From: Nanobdellota archaeon
Lineage (GTDB): Archaea > Nanobdellota > Nanobdellia > Pacearchaeales > GW2011-AR1
Direction: 5' to 3'
Length of the DNA: 64,000 bases
Assembly (NCBI GenBank): GCA_038045945.1
Contig: JBBSXC010000004.1
Span: forward strand, 64,001-128,000
Position numbers and translations under genes: made by a program. The notes under the pieces are model-generated. The model was given only the letters and a program-made list of their open reading frames with translations, was not told the origin of the DNA and did not search any database. This document shows positions 26,681 through 35,598 of the stretch, in pieces; the first letter of the stretch is position 1; each line of letters starts with the position of its first letter.

Positions 26681-26791
26681 TTATTCGTGATTGTGCGTGT
26701 CTAAACCTAACTCTAACTTAGCTACATCAAGCTTTAACTTTGCTATTTCTTTCTTTAACTGTCCTATTTCTTCTTTAGTTTCTTTATCCAT
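26681..26791 (-). CDS. 36-aa coiled-coil microprotein ending in HNHE
   Basis: MDKETKEEIGQLKKEIAKLKLDVAKLELGLDTHNHE; TTTTATAT about 30 nt upstream; not in ORF track. Confidence 0.6.
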   Translation of the reverse strand: MDKETKEEIGQLKKEIAKLKLDVAKLELGLDTHNHE

Positions 26792-26850
26792 GATTTGCGT
26801 TAGGATATGGCTATATAAAAAGTAATCAGTTACAAAGCCATTCTTCCCGT

Positions 26851-26862
26851 AACCTTTATATA
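26851..26862 (+). promoter_or_regulatory. TATA box of the S10/spc superoperon
   Basis: AACCTTTATATA about 190 nt upstream of rpl3, implying a long 5' leader. Confidence 0.55.
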
Positions 26863-27046
26863 GCCTCTTTTTTATAGTATTTGAGGTTGTAGAAAGCCTA
26901 GTTGAAGAAGTATCAGAATCGCGGACAATTCAGCCGTATAAGATACAAAAATAATCGTTATTAGTTATAGCGAATAATTCTAAGGTTGAAAGAAATAACT
27001 AAAAAAACGAAACAAAAAATAATCAAATAATAAAAGGATAAAAATA

Positions 27047-28024
27047 ATGGCAAAAATACATAGACCAAGACACGGAACATTACAGTTCTGGCCAAAGAAA
27101 AGAGCAGACAAAATGCTCCCAGGAGTAAACTGGACACCAATCATAGAAAGAAATCCAACAGGAAAACTATTAGGATTCATAGCATACAAAGTAGGAATGA
27201 AAACAGCATTCGTAAAAGACATCACACCAAACTCTATGACAAAAGACAAAAAAATGGTAATGCCAGCAACAATAATAGAAGTACCAGGAATGAAAGTATT
27301 CAGCATAAGACTACACAAAAACGGTAAGACAGTAACAGAAGTATTAGCACAACACTTAGACAAAGAACTACAAAAAAAGGTAAAACTACCAAAAACTCAC
27401 GAAAGCAGAATAGAAGAAGTAGAAAAAGACTTGAGCAAGTACGATAGAGTAACAATAATAGCATACTCACTAGTAAAAAAGACAGGAATAAAGAAAACAC
27501 CAGACATAGCAGAAATAGGAATAGGATTAGCACAAAACGTAAGCGAACAATTCCAATTCGCAAAAAGCCTACTAGAAAAAGAAATCAAAGCAAGCGAATA
27601 CTTCAAAGATAACAAAATGGTAGATTTACGAGGAGTAACAACAGGAAGAGGACTGACAGGACCAATAAAAAGATACGGACTTGAACTAAAACAACACAAA
27701 TCAGAAAAAGGAAGAAGAAGACCAGGAAGCCTAGCACCATGGCACCCAGCAAGAACAACATACATGAGCCCAAACGCAGGACAACACGGACTATTCACAA
27801 GACCAATATACAACAACCAAGTAATAACAATGAACGACGCAACAAAGAATCCAGCAATAAACCCAAATGGAGGATTCAAAAATTACGGAGTGGTAAGAAA
27901 CGAATACATGGTAATAAGAGGAAGCGTACAAGGACCAAGCAAGAGATCAATAATAATAACAACACCACTGAGAAGAACAAAGTCACAAGAAAAGAAAAAA
28001 TACGAATTCATAGACCTAAGATAA
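27047..28024 (+). CDS. rpl3: 50S ribosomal protein uL3
   Basis: RPRHGTLQFWPKKRA, AYKVGM, GSVQGPSKR. Confidence 0.97.
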   Translation: MAKIHRPRHGTLQFWPKKRADKMLPGVNWTPIIERNPTGKLLGFIAYKVGMKTAFVKDITPNSMTKDKKMVMPATIIEVPGMKVFSIRLHKNGKTVTEVLAQHLDKELQKKVKLPKTHESRIEEVEKDLSKYDRVTIIAYSLVKKTGIKKTPDIAEIGIGLAQNVSEQFQFAKSLLEKEIKASEYFKDNKMVDLRGVTTGRGLTGPIKRYGLELKQHKSEKGRRRPGSLAPWHPARTTYMSPNAGQHGLFTRPIYNNQVITMNDATKNPAINPNGGFKNYGVVRNEYMVIRGSVQGPSKRSIIITTPLRRTKSQEKKKYEFIDLR

Positions 28025-28032
28025 AAAAAACA

Positions 28033-28827
28033 ATGAAAACAAAAACATTAACATTAACAGGGCAAGGAAAAGAAGTAGAAGTGCCAAAAATATTCTCAAG
28101 TACAGTAAGAGAAGACTTAGCACAAAAATTCCATGAAATAAACAAAGAACAAGCACCATACGCACCAGGAGAATACTCAGGAATGAAGTACAGTGCAAGC
28201 GGAATAGCAAAACACAGAAGACACTTGTGGAAAACACAATACGGACACGGAATAAGCAGAATACCAAGAAAAATAATGTGGAGAAGAGGAACACAATTCT
28301 ACTGGGTTGGAGCAACAATCAACAGCGCAAGAGGCGGAAGAGCAGCACACCCACCAAGAGTAGAACACTTCCTAGCAGAAAAAAAGATGAACAAGAAAGA
28401 AGCAGAAATGGCAATAAAAAGCGCAATAGCAAGCACAGCACAAGAAAAACTAATAAGAAAAAGGTATAGCAGCATAAGTAAAGAAACAAAAATGCCACAA
28501 TTACCAATAATAGTTGATGAAACAGTAATGAAAACAAACACTAAAGAACTAATAAAATTCCTAAAAGAAAATCTAAAAGGCTTAGAACAAGTAATTTTCA
28601 GAAACAGAGCAGTAAGAGCAGGAATAGGAAAAAGAAGAGGAAGAAAATACAAACAAAACGCAGGATTACTAATGATCACAGGAAACGAAGAAGAAAAAAA
28701 GTTTAGCGGAATAGAAATAAAGAAACTACAAGACCTAGAAATAGCAGACGTATTCCCACTAGGAAGACTAACAATATACACAGAAAAAGCAATAAAAGAA
28801 TTAAACGAAATAAAGGAGAATAAGTAA
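28033..28827 (+). CDS. rpl4: 50S ribosomal protein uL4
   Basis: GHGISRIPR, RGGRAAHPP, GRLTIYTE; start revised to ATG 28033. Confidence 0.95.
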   Translation: MKTKTLTLTGQGKEVEVPKIFSSTVREDLAQKFHEINKEQAPYAPGEYSGMKYSASGIAKHRRHLWKTQYGHGISRIPRKIMWRRGTQFYWVGATINSARGGRAAHPPRVEHFLAEKKMNKKEAEMAIKSAIASTAQEKLIRKRYSSISKETKMPQLPIIVDETVMKTNTKELIKFLKENLKGLEQVIFRNRAVRAGIGKRRGRKYKQNAGLLMITGNEEEKKFSGIEIKKLQDLEIADVFPLGRLTIYTEKAIKELNEIKENK

Positions 28828-28829
28828 AA

Positions 28830-29078
28830 ATGTCAATGTTACTAAAACCAGTCACAAGCGAAAAAGCAGTGAGAATGATAGAAGGAGAAAACACACTAGT
28901 ATTCGCACTAGACAGAAGAGAAACAAAAGAAGAAATAAAGAAAGAAGTAGAAAAAACATTCAACGTAAAAGTAGAAAGAGTAAACGTAATAAACAAAAAG
29001 AACGAAAAACACGCATTAGTAAAACTAAAAAAAGACTTTAAAGCAATAGACGTAGCAACAAAGCTAGGAATGATATAA
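28830..29078 (+). CDS. rpl23: 50S ribosomal protein uL23
   Basis: PVTSEKA..IEGENTLVF, AIDVATKLG. Confidence 0.96.
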   Translation: MSMLLKPVTSEKAVRMIEGENTLVFALDRRETKEEIKKEVEKTFNVKVERVNVINKKNEKHALVKLKKDFKAIDVATKLGMI

Positions 29079-29083
29079 ACAAT

Positions 29084-29470
29084 ATGGGAAACATACAATA
29101 TAACGATCCAGGATTCACTGAAGGCGGACCAGTAGCCAAGTCAAGAAAAGAAGAAAAAATAAGAAGAGTAGCAAATGAAGGGGAATTAGAACTAGCAGCA
29201 TTATCAAGAGAACTAGTAGGAATAATAGCAAGAGATGGATTATACACAGCATTACCATTACCAAGAGGAGAACAAAGAATAAGAGAATACGTGATGAGAG
29301 ATGAAGATAACATGATAATGATACTAGACGAAACAGCAGGAGCAGAAAAGTATAAGTCAGGATATGTAGAGTTAAGCGCACAATCAGGATCAAGACTAAT
29401 AGGACCAAGAACAACAGGGTACTCACAAATAATGGAGATATTACAAGAAGCAGGAGGATGGAATAACTAA
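29084..29470 (+). CDS. Orphan hypothetical protein inserted in the S10 operon
   Basis: 128-aa ORF, 5-6 nt spacers to rpl23 and rpl2, operon-like codon usage. Confidence 0.8.
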   Translation: MGNIQYNDPGFTEGGPVAKSRKEEKIRRVANEGELELAALSRELVGIIARDGLYTALPLPRGEQRIREYVMRDEDNMIMILDETAGAEKYKSGYVELSAQSGSRLIGPRTTGYSQIMEILQEAGGWNN

Positions 29471-29476
29471 TTTACC

Positions 29477-30199
29477 ATGGGAAAAAGAATAATACAACGA
29501 GCACGAGGTCACGGAGGACCAGTATACAGAGTAAGAAAGAAAGCATTCGTATACGAAATAGGATTCCCAAGCATGATGAACGGAAACGAAGCAGAAATAA
29601 TAGAACTAGTACATTCAAGAGCACACACAGCACCACTAGCAAGACTAAGAATACACAACAAAAACGGAGTAACACAAACATTTTACGCACCAGCATTCGA
29701 AGGAGCATACACAGGACAAAAAATAGCATTCGACATGGAAGGAAGAAAAGCAATGGGAGACATAGTAAAAGTAGGAATACTACAACCAGGAGACAAATTA
29801 TACAACGTAGAAAGAAACCCAGGAGACAGAGGAAAACTACTTAGAGCAGCAGGAGCACACGCAGTAGTAGTAAGAACAAGCAAAGGAAAAGTATACATAA
29901 GAACACCATCAAAAAAAGAAGTCATACTAAGCGAAAACTGCCTAGCACAAATAGGAATACCAGCAGGAGCAGGAAGACTAGAAAAACCAGTAATGAAAGC
30001 AGGAAAAATGCATCATATTAAAAAAGCAAAAAGCAAACTATGGCCAAGAACTTCAGCCGTAAAGATGAACGCCATAGACCACCCATTCGGAAGTGGAAGA
30101 GGAAAGAGAATAAAGAGCAAGATAGCAAAGAGAAACGCACCAGCAGGAGCAAGAGTAGGACATCTACGTCCAAGAAGAACAGGAAGGACAAAAAGGTAA
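29477..30199 (+). CDS. rpl2: 50S ribosomal protein uL2
   Basis: MGKRIIQRARG, MNAIDHPFG, RRTGR. Confidence 0.97.
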   Translation: MGKRIIQRARGHGGPVYRVRKKAFVYEIGFPSMMNGNEAEIIELVHSRAHTAPLARLRIHNKNGVTQTFYAPAFEGAYTGQKIAFDMEGRKAMGDIVKVGILQPGDKLYNVERNPGDRGKLLRAAGAHAVVVRTSKGKVYIRTPSKKEVILSENCLAQIGIPAGAGRLEKPVMKAGKMHHIKKAKSKLWPRTSAVKMNAIDHPFGSGRGKRIKSKIAKRNAPAGARVGHLRPRRTGRTKR

Positions 30200-30206
30200 A
30201 TAAAAA

Positions 30207-30629
30207 ATGGCAGAAAACAAACAACACTCAAACTTAGACTTAACAAAGAAAGAATTCCTATACAGAGGAAAAACACTAGCAGAGCTAAAAAAGTTAGACG
30301 TAAGAGAATTCGCAAAGTATTTACCATCAAGAGAAAGAAGAAGCGTGCTAAGACACTTCGAAGTAATAGAACAATTCGTGAAAAAGTTCGAAGTAGTAGG
30401 TGGAAAAGACAAACAAGTAAAAACACACTTGAGAGACTTAGTAATAGTCCCAGGAATGATAGGACAAACAATCAAAGTACACAACGGAAAAGAATTCGTA
30501 GCAACAAAAATAACAATGGAGATGTTAAGCCACAGATTAGGAGAATTCGCAGCAACAAGAAAGAGAGTAACACACGGAGCAGCAGGAATAGGAGCAACAA
30601 GAAGTAGCGCTTCAAGATCAGTAAAATAA
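30207..30629 (+). CDS. rps19: 30S ribosomal protein uS19
   Basis: YRGKTL, KTHLRD, HRLGEF, GIGATRSS. Confidence 0.97.
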   Translation: MAENKQHSNLDLTKKEFLYRGKTLAELKKLDVREFAKYLPSRERRSVLRHFEVIEQFVKKFEVVGGKDKQVKTHLRDLVIVPGMIGQTIKVHNGKEFVATKITMEMLSHRLGEFAATRKRVTHGAAGIGATRSSASRSVK

Positions 30630-30648
30630 AGGTAATAAAATAACAAAA

Positions 30649-31329
30649 ATGGAAGACTTAAAAAAACAAGGCGGAGAAAAAGCAAGAAAAATGGAAAGCA
30701 AAATAGATAGCAAGAGCCCTACACACACAAAACCAGTAGACAAAATCAAAGAAAAAGTAGAAGAACAAATAGTGAAAGAAATGGCAAAAGAAATAAAAGC
30801 AGAAGCAACAACAGACGAAACAAAACCTGCAACTGAAACAAAAGTAACTGAGAAGAAAGAAGCAAAGAAACCAGCAGTTAAGAAAGAAATGGCATTCGTA
30901 AGAATGAACGGGTTATCAATGTCAACAAAACAATCAAGAGAAATATGCAGATTCCTAATGGGAAAAACAGTAGACAAAGCAATAGAAGATATGACAAAAG
31001 TAACAAAGATGAAAATAGCAGTACCAATGAGAGGAGAAATACCACATAGAAAGGGAGACATAATGGCAGGAAGATACCCAATAAACACTGCAAGAGTATT
31101 CATAAACGTACTAAAGTCGCTAGCAGGAAACGCAAACGTTAACGGAATAGCAAACCCAGTAATAACAATAGCAAGCGCAAGTTGGGCAGCAAGACCACAA
31201 AGAAAAGGCGGAAGGAGATTTAAAAGGACACATTTGTATATGGAAGTAAGAGAAGCAAAAAATTACGTAAAAGAAAACAATAACAAAAAAATGCACAATA
31301 AAACAAAAACAATGGACGGTAAAAAGTAA
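30649..31329 (+). CDS. rpl22: 50S ribosomal protein uL22 with long K/E-rich N-terminal extension
   Basis: STKQSREIC, HRKG..AGRYP, KRTHL. Confidence 0.93.
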   Translation: MEDLKKQGGEKARKMESKIDSKSPTHTKPVDKIKEKVEEQIVKEMAKEIKAEATTDETKPATETKVTEKKEAKKPAVKKEMAFVRMNGLSMSTKQSREICRFLMGKTVDKAIEDMTKVTKMKIAVPMRGEIPHRKGDIMAGRYPINTARVFINVLKSLAGNANVNGIANPVITIASASWAARPQRKGGRRFKRTHLYMEVREAKNYVKENNNKKMHNKTKTMDGKK

Positions 31330-32072
31330 TGGAAGAAAGAAAATTTGTAGACTTCAAGAAAAGAGAATTCAGAGTTAAAGAATTCATAAAAAACAATTTA
31401 GGAATGGGAAAAGTAAGCAGAGTAAAACTAGAATACACTCCCGTTGGAGAAAAAGTAGTAGTATTAACAGACAAACCAGGATACATAATAGGAAAACAAG
31501 GAGCAAAAATAAACGAGTTAACAATAAAACTGAAAAAAATGTTTAAGTTAGAAAACCCGCACATAGAAATAGCAGACATAGGAAACCCAGATTTAGACGC
31601 ACAAACAGTAGCTGACGAAATAGCACTAGGACTAGAAAGATTCGGAAACATAAGATTCAAAGCAATAACATACAAATACTTAGTGAAAATAATGGCAGCA
31701 AAAGCATTAGGAGTAGAAATAAGAGTAAGTGGAAAATTACCAGGAGAAAGAGCAAAAAGTTGGAGGTTCGCACAAGGATACTTAAAGAAAACAGGAGAAC
31801 CAGCAAACCAAGTAGACAAAGCAAAAGCAGTAGCCAAAACAAAAACAGGAATAATAGGAATAAAAGTAAGCATACTGCCACCAACAGCATTCATAGAAGA
31901 TAGAATAACAATAGATGAAGAGATGAAAAGCAAAATGAGAACAAACTTAGCAAACATGGAAACAGAAGAAAAAGCACAAGTAGAAGCTAAAGAAGTAGCA
32001 AAAGAAAAAAGAAAAGCAGCAAAAACTAAAAGTAAAAAAACAGAAGAAGTAGCAGTGGAGGAAGAACAATAA
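31329..32072 (+). CDS. rps3: 30S ribosomal protein uS3
   Basis: PGYIIGKQG KH domain, SGKLPGERA, GIIGIKV. Confidence 0.97.
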   Translation: MEERKFVDFKKREFRVKEFIKNNLGMGKVSRVKLEYTPVGEKVVVLTDKPGYIIGKQGAKINELTIKLKKMFKLENPHIEIADIGNPDLDAQTVADEIALGLERFGNIRFKAITYKYLVKIMAAKALGVEIRVSGKLPGERAKSWRFAQGYLKKTGEPANQVDKAKAVAKTKTGIIGIKVSILPPTAFIEDRITIDEEMKSKMRTNLANMETEEKAQVEAKEVAKEKRKAAKTKSKKTEEVAVEEEQ

Positions 32073-32076
32073 AAAA

Positions 32077-32250
32077 ATGGCAGTAATAAAAAACAGCGAA
32101 GTGAAAAAGATGAATGCTGAAGAAAAAAAATCAAAATTAGAATCATTAAGAATGGAGCTAATAAAGAAACACGTACAAGCAAACAAGGCAGGAAAAGTTA
32201 AGACCAAAGAGATTAAAAAGGCAATAGCCAGAATACTCACAAGTACTTAA
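32077..32250 (+). CDS. rpl29: 50S ribosomal protein uL29 (57 aa)
   Basis: Manual translation MAVIKNSEVKKMNAEEKKSKLESLRMELIK...KEIKKAIARILTST; canonical position; not in ORF track. Confidence 0.92.
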   Translation: MAVIKNSEVKKMNAEEKKSKLESLRMELIKKHVQANKAGKVKTKEIKKAIARILTST

Positions 32251-32251
32251 C

Positions 32252-32551
32252 ATGGATATATGCCCAAAATGTGGCCTGCCCAAACAGGCGTGTGTTTGCA
32301 ACGAGATTGCAAGAAGTGAACAGCGAATAACCGTTGAGTCGGTTAAGCGCAGATTTGGCAAGTATGCGACACTTGTCAAAGGGTTAGAGAATGTTGACCT
32401 AAGAGAAATAGCAAGAGAGCTTAAAGAAGAGCTAGCTTGTGGGGGAACAGTGAAGGACAACATAATAGAATTACAAGGAAACCATTTATCAAAAGTAAAA
32501 CAAACATTGATAAGACTAGGATTCCCGGAAAGTTCAATAACAGGAGAATAA
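32252..32551 (+). CDS. Translation initiation factor aIF1 (SUI1/YciH)
   Basis: CPKCGLP..CVC, KRRFGK, LACGGT, IELQGNH. Confidence 0.96.
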   Translation: MDICPKCGLPKQACVCNEIARSEQRITVESVKRRFGKYATLVKGLENVDLREIARELKEELACGGTVKDNIIELQGNHLSKVKQTLIRLGFPESSITGE

Positions 32552-32564
32552 GGAAAGAAAAAAC

Positions 32565-32987
32565 ATGAAAACAGAAAAAAAACAAGAAGGAAAAAAAGTA
32601 AGCAAAGAAAGCAAAAACTTAGCAGGAGCTACAAATAACCACGTAGCAGGAGAAAGAGAAGTATCAACAAGAGGAAGAATATTCGAAGGAAACGTAACAA
32701 AAAAGTTCCCTAGAAGAGTAGTAATAGAGTTCGAAAGACCAATATACGTAAGAAAATATGAAAGATACCTAAAACTAAAAACAAAATTACACGCAAGATT
32801 ACCAATAGAATTAGAAGACAAAGTAGTGATAGGAGACTACATACAAATAAGAGAATGCCGACCATTGAGCAAAATAATACACTTCATAGTAACCAAAAAA
32901 ATAAGAAGCGCAAGCGAAGAACACAAAAACCAAAGTGAGGAACACAAAAACAAAATGAAAACAGAAAAAATGGAGAAAGAAAAATGA
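32565..32987 (+). CDS. rps17: 30S ribosomal protein uS17
   Basis: STRGRIFEG, KYERY, ECRPLSK. Confidence 0.96.
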   Translation: MKTEKKQEGKKVSKESKNLAGATNNHVAGEREVSTRGRIFEGNVTKKFPRRVVIEFERPIYVRKYERYLKLKTKLHARLPIELEDKVVIGDYIQIRECRPLSKIIHFIVTKKIRSASEEHKNQSEEHKNKMKTEKMEKEK

Positions 32988-33385
32988 AAGCAATATCAGC
33001 AAAAGTAACAAGAGGAATGAACATAGGTTCCGTAGTAGTAGCAAGTGATAATAGCGGAGCAAGAATAGTAAGAATAGTATCAGTAAAACACGGAAAAACA
33101 AGAAAAGGAAGACAACAATACGTAAAAGTAGGAGACTTCGTAAAAGTATCAGTAAGAGAAGGAGACCCAAAAATGAAAGGGGAAGTATTCGAAGCAGTAG
33201 TAATAAGACAAAGAAAACCATACAGAAGAAGAACAGGAGAAAGAGTATGCTTCACAGACAACGCAGTAGCATTAGTAAAAGATGAAAAAGGAAACCCAAA
33301 AGGAACGCAAATAAAGGGGCCTGTAGCAAGAGAAATTCAAGAACGATGGAAGGAGGTTAGCAAAATAGCACAATTCGTATTCTAA
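32984..33385 (+). CDS. rpl14: 50S ribosomal protein uL14
   Basis: DNSGA, VIRQRKPYRR, FTDNA, KGTQIKGPVARE. Confidence 0.97.
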   Translation: MKAISAKVTRGMNIGSVVVASDNSGARIVRIVSVKHGKTRKGRQQYVKVGDFVKVSVREGDPKMKGEVFEAVVIRQRKPYRRRTGERVCFTDNAVALVKDEKGNPKGTQIKGPVAREIQERWKEVSKIAQFVF

Positions 33386-33415
33386 AAAATACGAATTATT
33401 TTGCGATTAATAATC

Positions 33416-33835
33416 ATGAAAGAATACTCAGCAAGCTGGAATTCAAGCAGAAGCAAAAGAAAACAAAGAAAGTTCAGATTCAATGCACCTTTACACACAA
33501 GACACAAACTAATGAGCAGTCAAGTAAGCAAAGAAATAGAAAAGAAAGAATCAATAAAAACAATACCAGTAAGAAAAGGAGACGAAGTAAGAATAATGAT
33601 AGGAAAATTCAGAGGACAGATAGGAAAAGTAAAAAGCGTAGACACAAAAAAACTAAGAGTAACAATAGACAAAATGCAAAGGCAAAAGAAAGACGGAACA
33701 AAAATAGACGTATACTTCCACCCATCAAACTTACAAATAAAAACATTAGTAATGGATGACAAAAAAAGAATAAAAAATAAGAAAGAAACACCTAAAGAAG
33801 CAAAAACAGAAAACAAAACAGGAGAAAAAAAATAA
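33416..33835 (+). CDS. rpl24: 50S ribosomal protein uL24
   Basis: RKQRKFRFNAPLH, VRKGDEV.IMIG, HPSNL; start revised. Confidence 0.96.
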   Translation: MKEYSASWNSSRSKRKQRKFRFNAPLHTRHKLMSSQVSKEIEKKESIKTIPVRKGDEVRIMIGKFRGQIGKVKSVDTKKLRVTIDKMQRQKKDGTKIDVYFHPSNLQIKTLVMDDKKRIKNKKETPKEAKTENKTGEKK

Positions 33836-33836
33836 A

Positions 33837-34481
33837 ATGTACCTAAAACGAGCAAAAACACCAACAACTTGGCCAATAGCAAGAAAAGGAACAAAGTACG
33901 TAATAGTACCAACACACAACATAGAGAAAGGAGTATCATTAATGCTAATGCTAAGAGACCACTTAGAACTAGGAAATACAAGAAGAGAAGTAAGAAAAGC
34001 AACACTATCAGGAAACGTACTAGTAAACGGTAAAGAAGTAAAAGACGTAAAGTACGGACTAGCATTAAACGACGTAATAACACTAAAAGCAGCAGGAGAA
34101 AACTACCGTTTAACATATTCAGAAACAAAAAAATTCGTACTAGAAAAAATATCAGCAGGAGAAGCAGTAGAAAAAGTATCAAAAATAGTAGGAAAAAAGA
34201 TACTAAAAGGAAACATAATACAAATATCACTACTTGACGGAAGAACAATGATAGTGAAAACAGACGCAAAAATAGGTTCTTCAGCACTAATAGACCTAAA
34301 AACAAACACGATAAAAAAAGTAATACCAATGGAAAAAGGAGCAGAAGTAATAGTAATAGCAGGAAAACACTTAGGAAAGAAAGGAAAAATAGAAGAAATA
34401 AAAGACGAAGTAGCAAGAATAACATTCAGCCACGGAAAAAAGATAGGGCTAAAAGTAAACAACTTAATGGTACAAAAATAA
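33837..34481 (+). CDS. rps4e: 30S ribosomal protein eS4
   Basis: LKRAKTPTTWPIARK, LRDHL, GKHLG. Confidence 0.95.
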   Translation: MYLKRAKTPTTWPIARKGTKYVIVPTHNIEKGVSLMLMLRDHLELGNTRREVRKATLSGNVLVNGKEVKDVKYGLALNDVITLKAAGENYRLTYSETKKFVLEKISAGEAVEKVSKIVGKKILKGNIIQISLLDGRTMIVKTDAKIGSSALIDLKTNTIKKVIPMEKGAEVIVIAGKHLGKKGKIEEIKDEVARITFSHGKKIGLKVNNLMVQK

Positions 34482-34482
34482 A

Positions 34483-34986
34483 ATGAAAACAAACACTATG
34501 AAAAACATAAAGATGGAAAAGATCATATTGTCAGCTGGAGCAGTAGGAGACCAATTAGACAAAGCATACAAACTACTAGGAAGAGTATCAGGAGAAAAAA
34601 TAGTAAAAACGATGACAACAAAGAGAATACCAACATGGGGAGTAAGACCAAAACTAGAAGTAGGATGTAAAGTAACAGTAAGAGGGAAAAAAGCAGAAAA
34701 ATTACTAAAAAGACTACTAGCAGCAGTTGATAACGTAATAAAAGAAAAACAAATAGCGAACAACCACTTCTCATTCGGAATAAAAGAATACATCGAAATA
34801 CCAGATATGGAATACCAAAGAGACATAGGAGTAATGGGATTCAACACAACAGTAGACTTCGCAAGACCAGGAGTAAGAGTTAAAAGAAGAAGAATGAAAA
34901 AGAACGGGATACCAAAAAGACAAGAAGTATCAGTAGAAGAAATAAAAACATTCATGCAAGATAAATACGGAGTGAAAGTAATATGA
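34483..34986 (+). CDS. rpl5: 50S ribosomal protein uL5
   Basis: GCKVTVRG, FSFGIKEYIEIP, RPGVRV. Confidence 0.96.
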   Translation: MKTNTMKNIKMEKIILSAGAVGDQLDKAYKLLGRVSGEKIVKTMTTKRIPTWGVRPKLEVGCKVTVRGKKAEKLLKRLLAAVDNVIKEKQIANNHFSFGIKEYIEIPDMEYQRDIGVMGFNTTVDFARPGVRVKRRRMKKNGIPKRQEVSVEEIKTFMQDKYGVKVI

Positions 34987-35213
34987 CAGCAAGCGACTGG
35001 CAAAAAATACTAAAGCAACTAAAGAATAAGCCAGCAGTAGCAGAAAAATACAAAAGGTTTAACAAGCCAAAAGACAGAAAATTTGGAGTAGCAAGTAAGA
35101 AGTGTGAGATATGCTTCAGGTTCGGAGCACACATATCAAGTTACAACTTAAACTTGTGCAGACAATGCTTCAGAGACGTAGCACAAAAAATAGGATTCAA
35201 AAAATACTCATAA
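34983..35213 (+). CDS. rps14: 30S ribosomal protein uS14 (Zn-binding)
   Basis: CEIC...LCRQCFR...GFKKY. Confidence 0.95.
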   Translation: MTASDWQKILKQLKNKPAVAEKYKRFNKPKDRKFGVASKKCEICFRFGAHISSYNLNLCRQCFRDVAQKIGFKKYS

Positions 35214-35217
35214 AAAA

Positions 35218-35598
35218 ATGGCACACGACATAATAGCAGACGCATGCAATAACATAATGAACGCTAAGAGAGCGAGAAAGAAGTCAGCAGTAGCTAAAAT
35301 CTACTCAAAATTCTTAATAGAAATACTAAAAATAGCAAAAACTAACGGATACGTAGACGACTTCAAAATAAACGAAAAAGAAAAAAGTCTGAAGATAAGC
35401 TTTGACAAAATAAACGAGTGCGGAGCAATAAAACCAAGATACTTCGCAGATAAAAAAATGATAGACATGTACGTAAGAAGATTCTTACCAGCAAGAGACT
35501 TTGGAATAATAATAGTATCAACAAATAAGGGACTCATGACACACAAAGAAGCAATAGAAAAAAATATTGGAGGAGCACTAATAGCTTACTTCTACTAA
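35218..35598 (+). CDS. rps8: 30S ribosomal protein uS8
   Basis: INECGAIKPR, LPARDFG, STNKGLMTH, GGALIAYFY. Confidence 0.97.
   Translation: MAHDIIADACNNIMNAKRARKKSAVAKIYSKFLIEILKIAKTNGYVDDFKINEKEKSLKISFDKINECGAIKPRYFADKKMIDMYVRRFLPARDFGIIIVSTNKGLMTHKEAIEKNIGGALIAYFY

Noticed and set aside
27739-28032. 98-aa N-terminal extension of uL4 overlapping rpl3
   Set aside because: Alternate-frame read-through of A-rich rpl3; ATG 28033 just after the rpl3 stop gives a normal uL4
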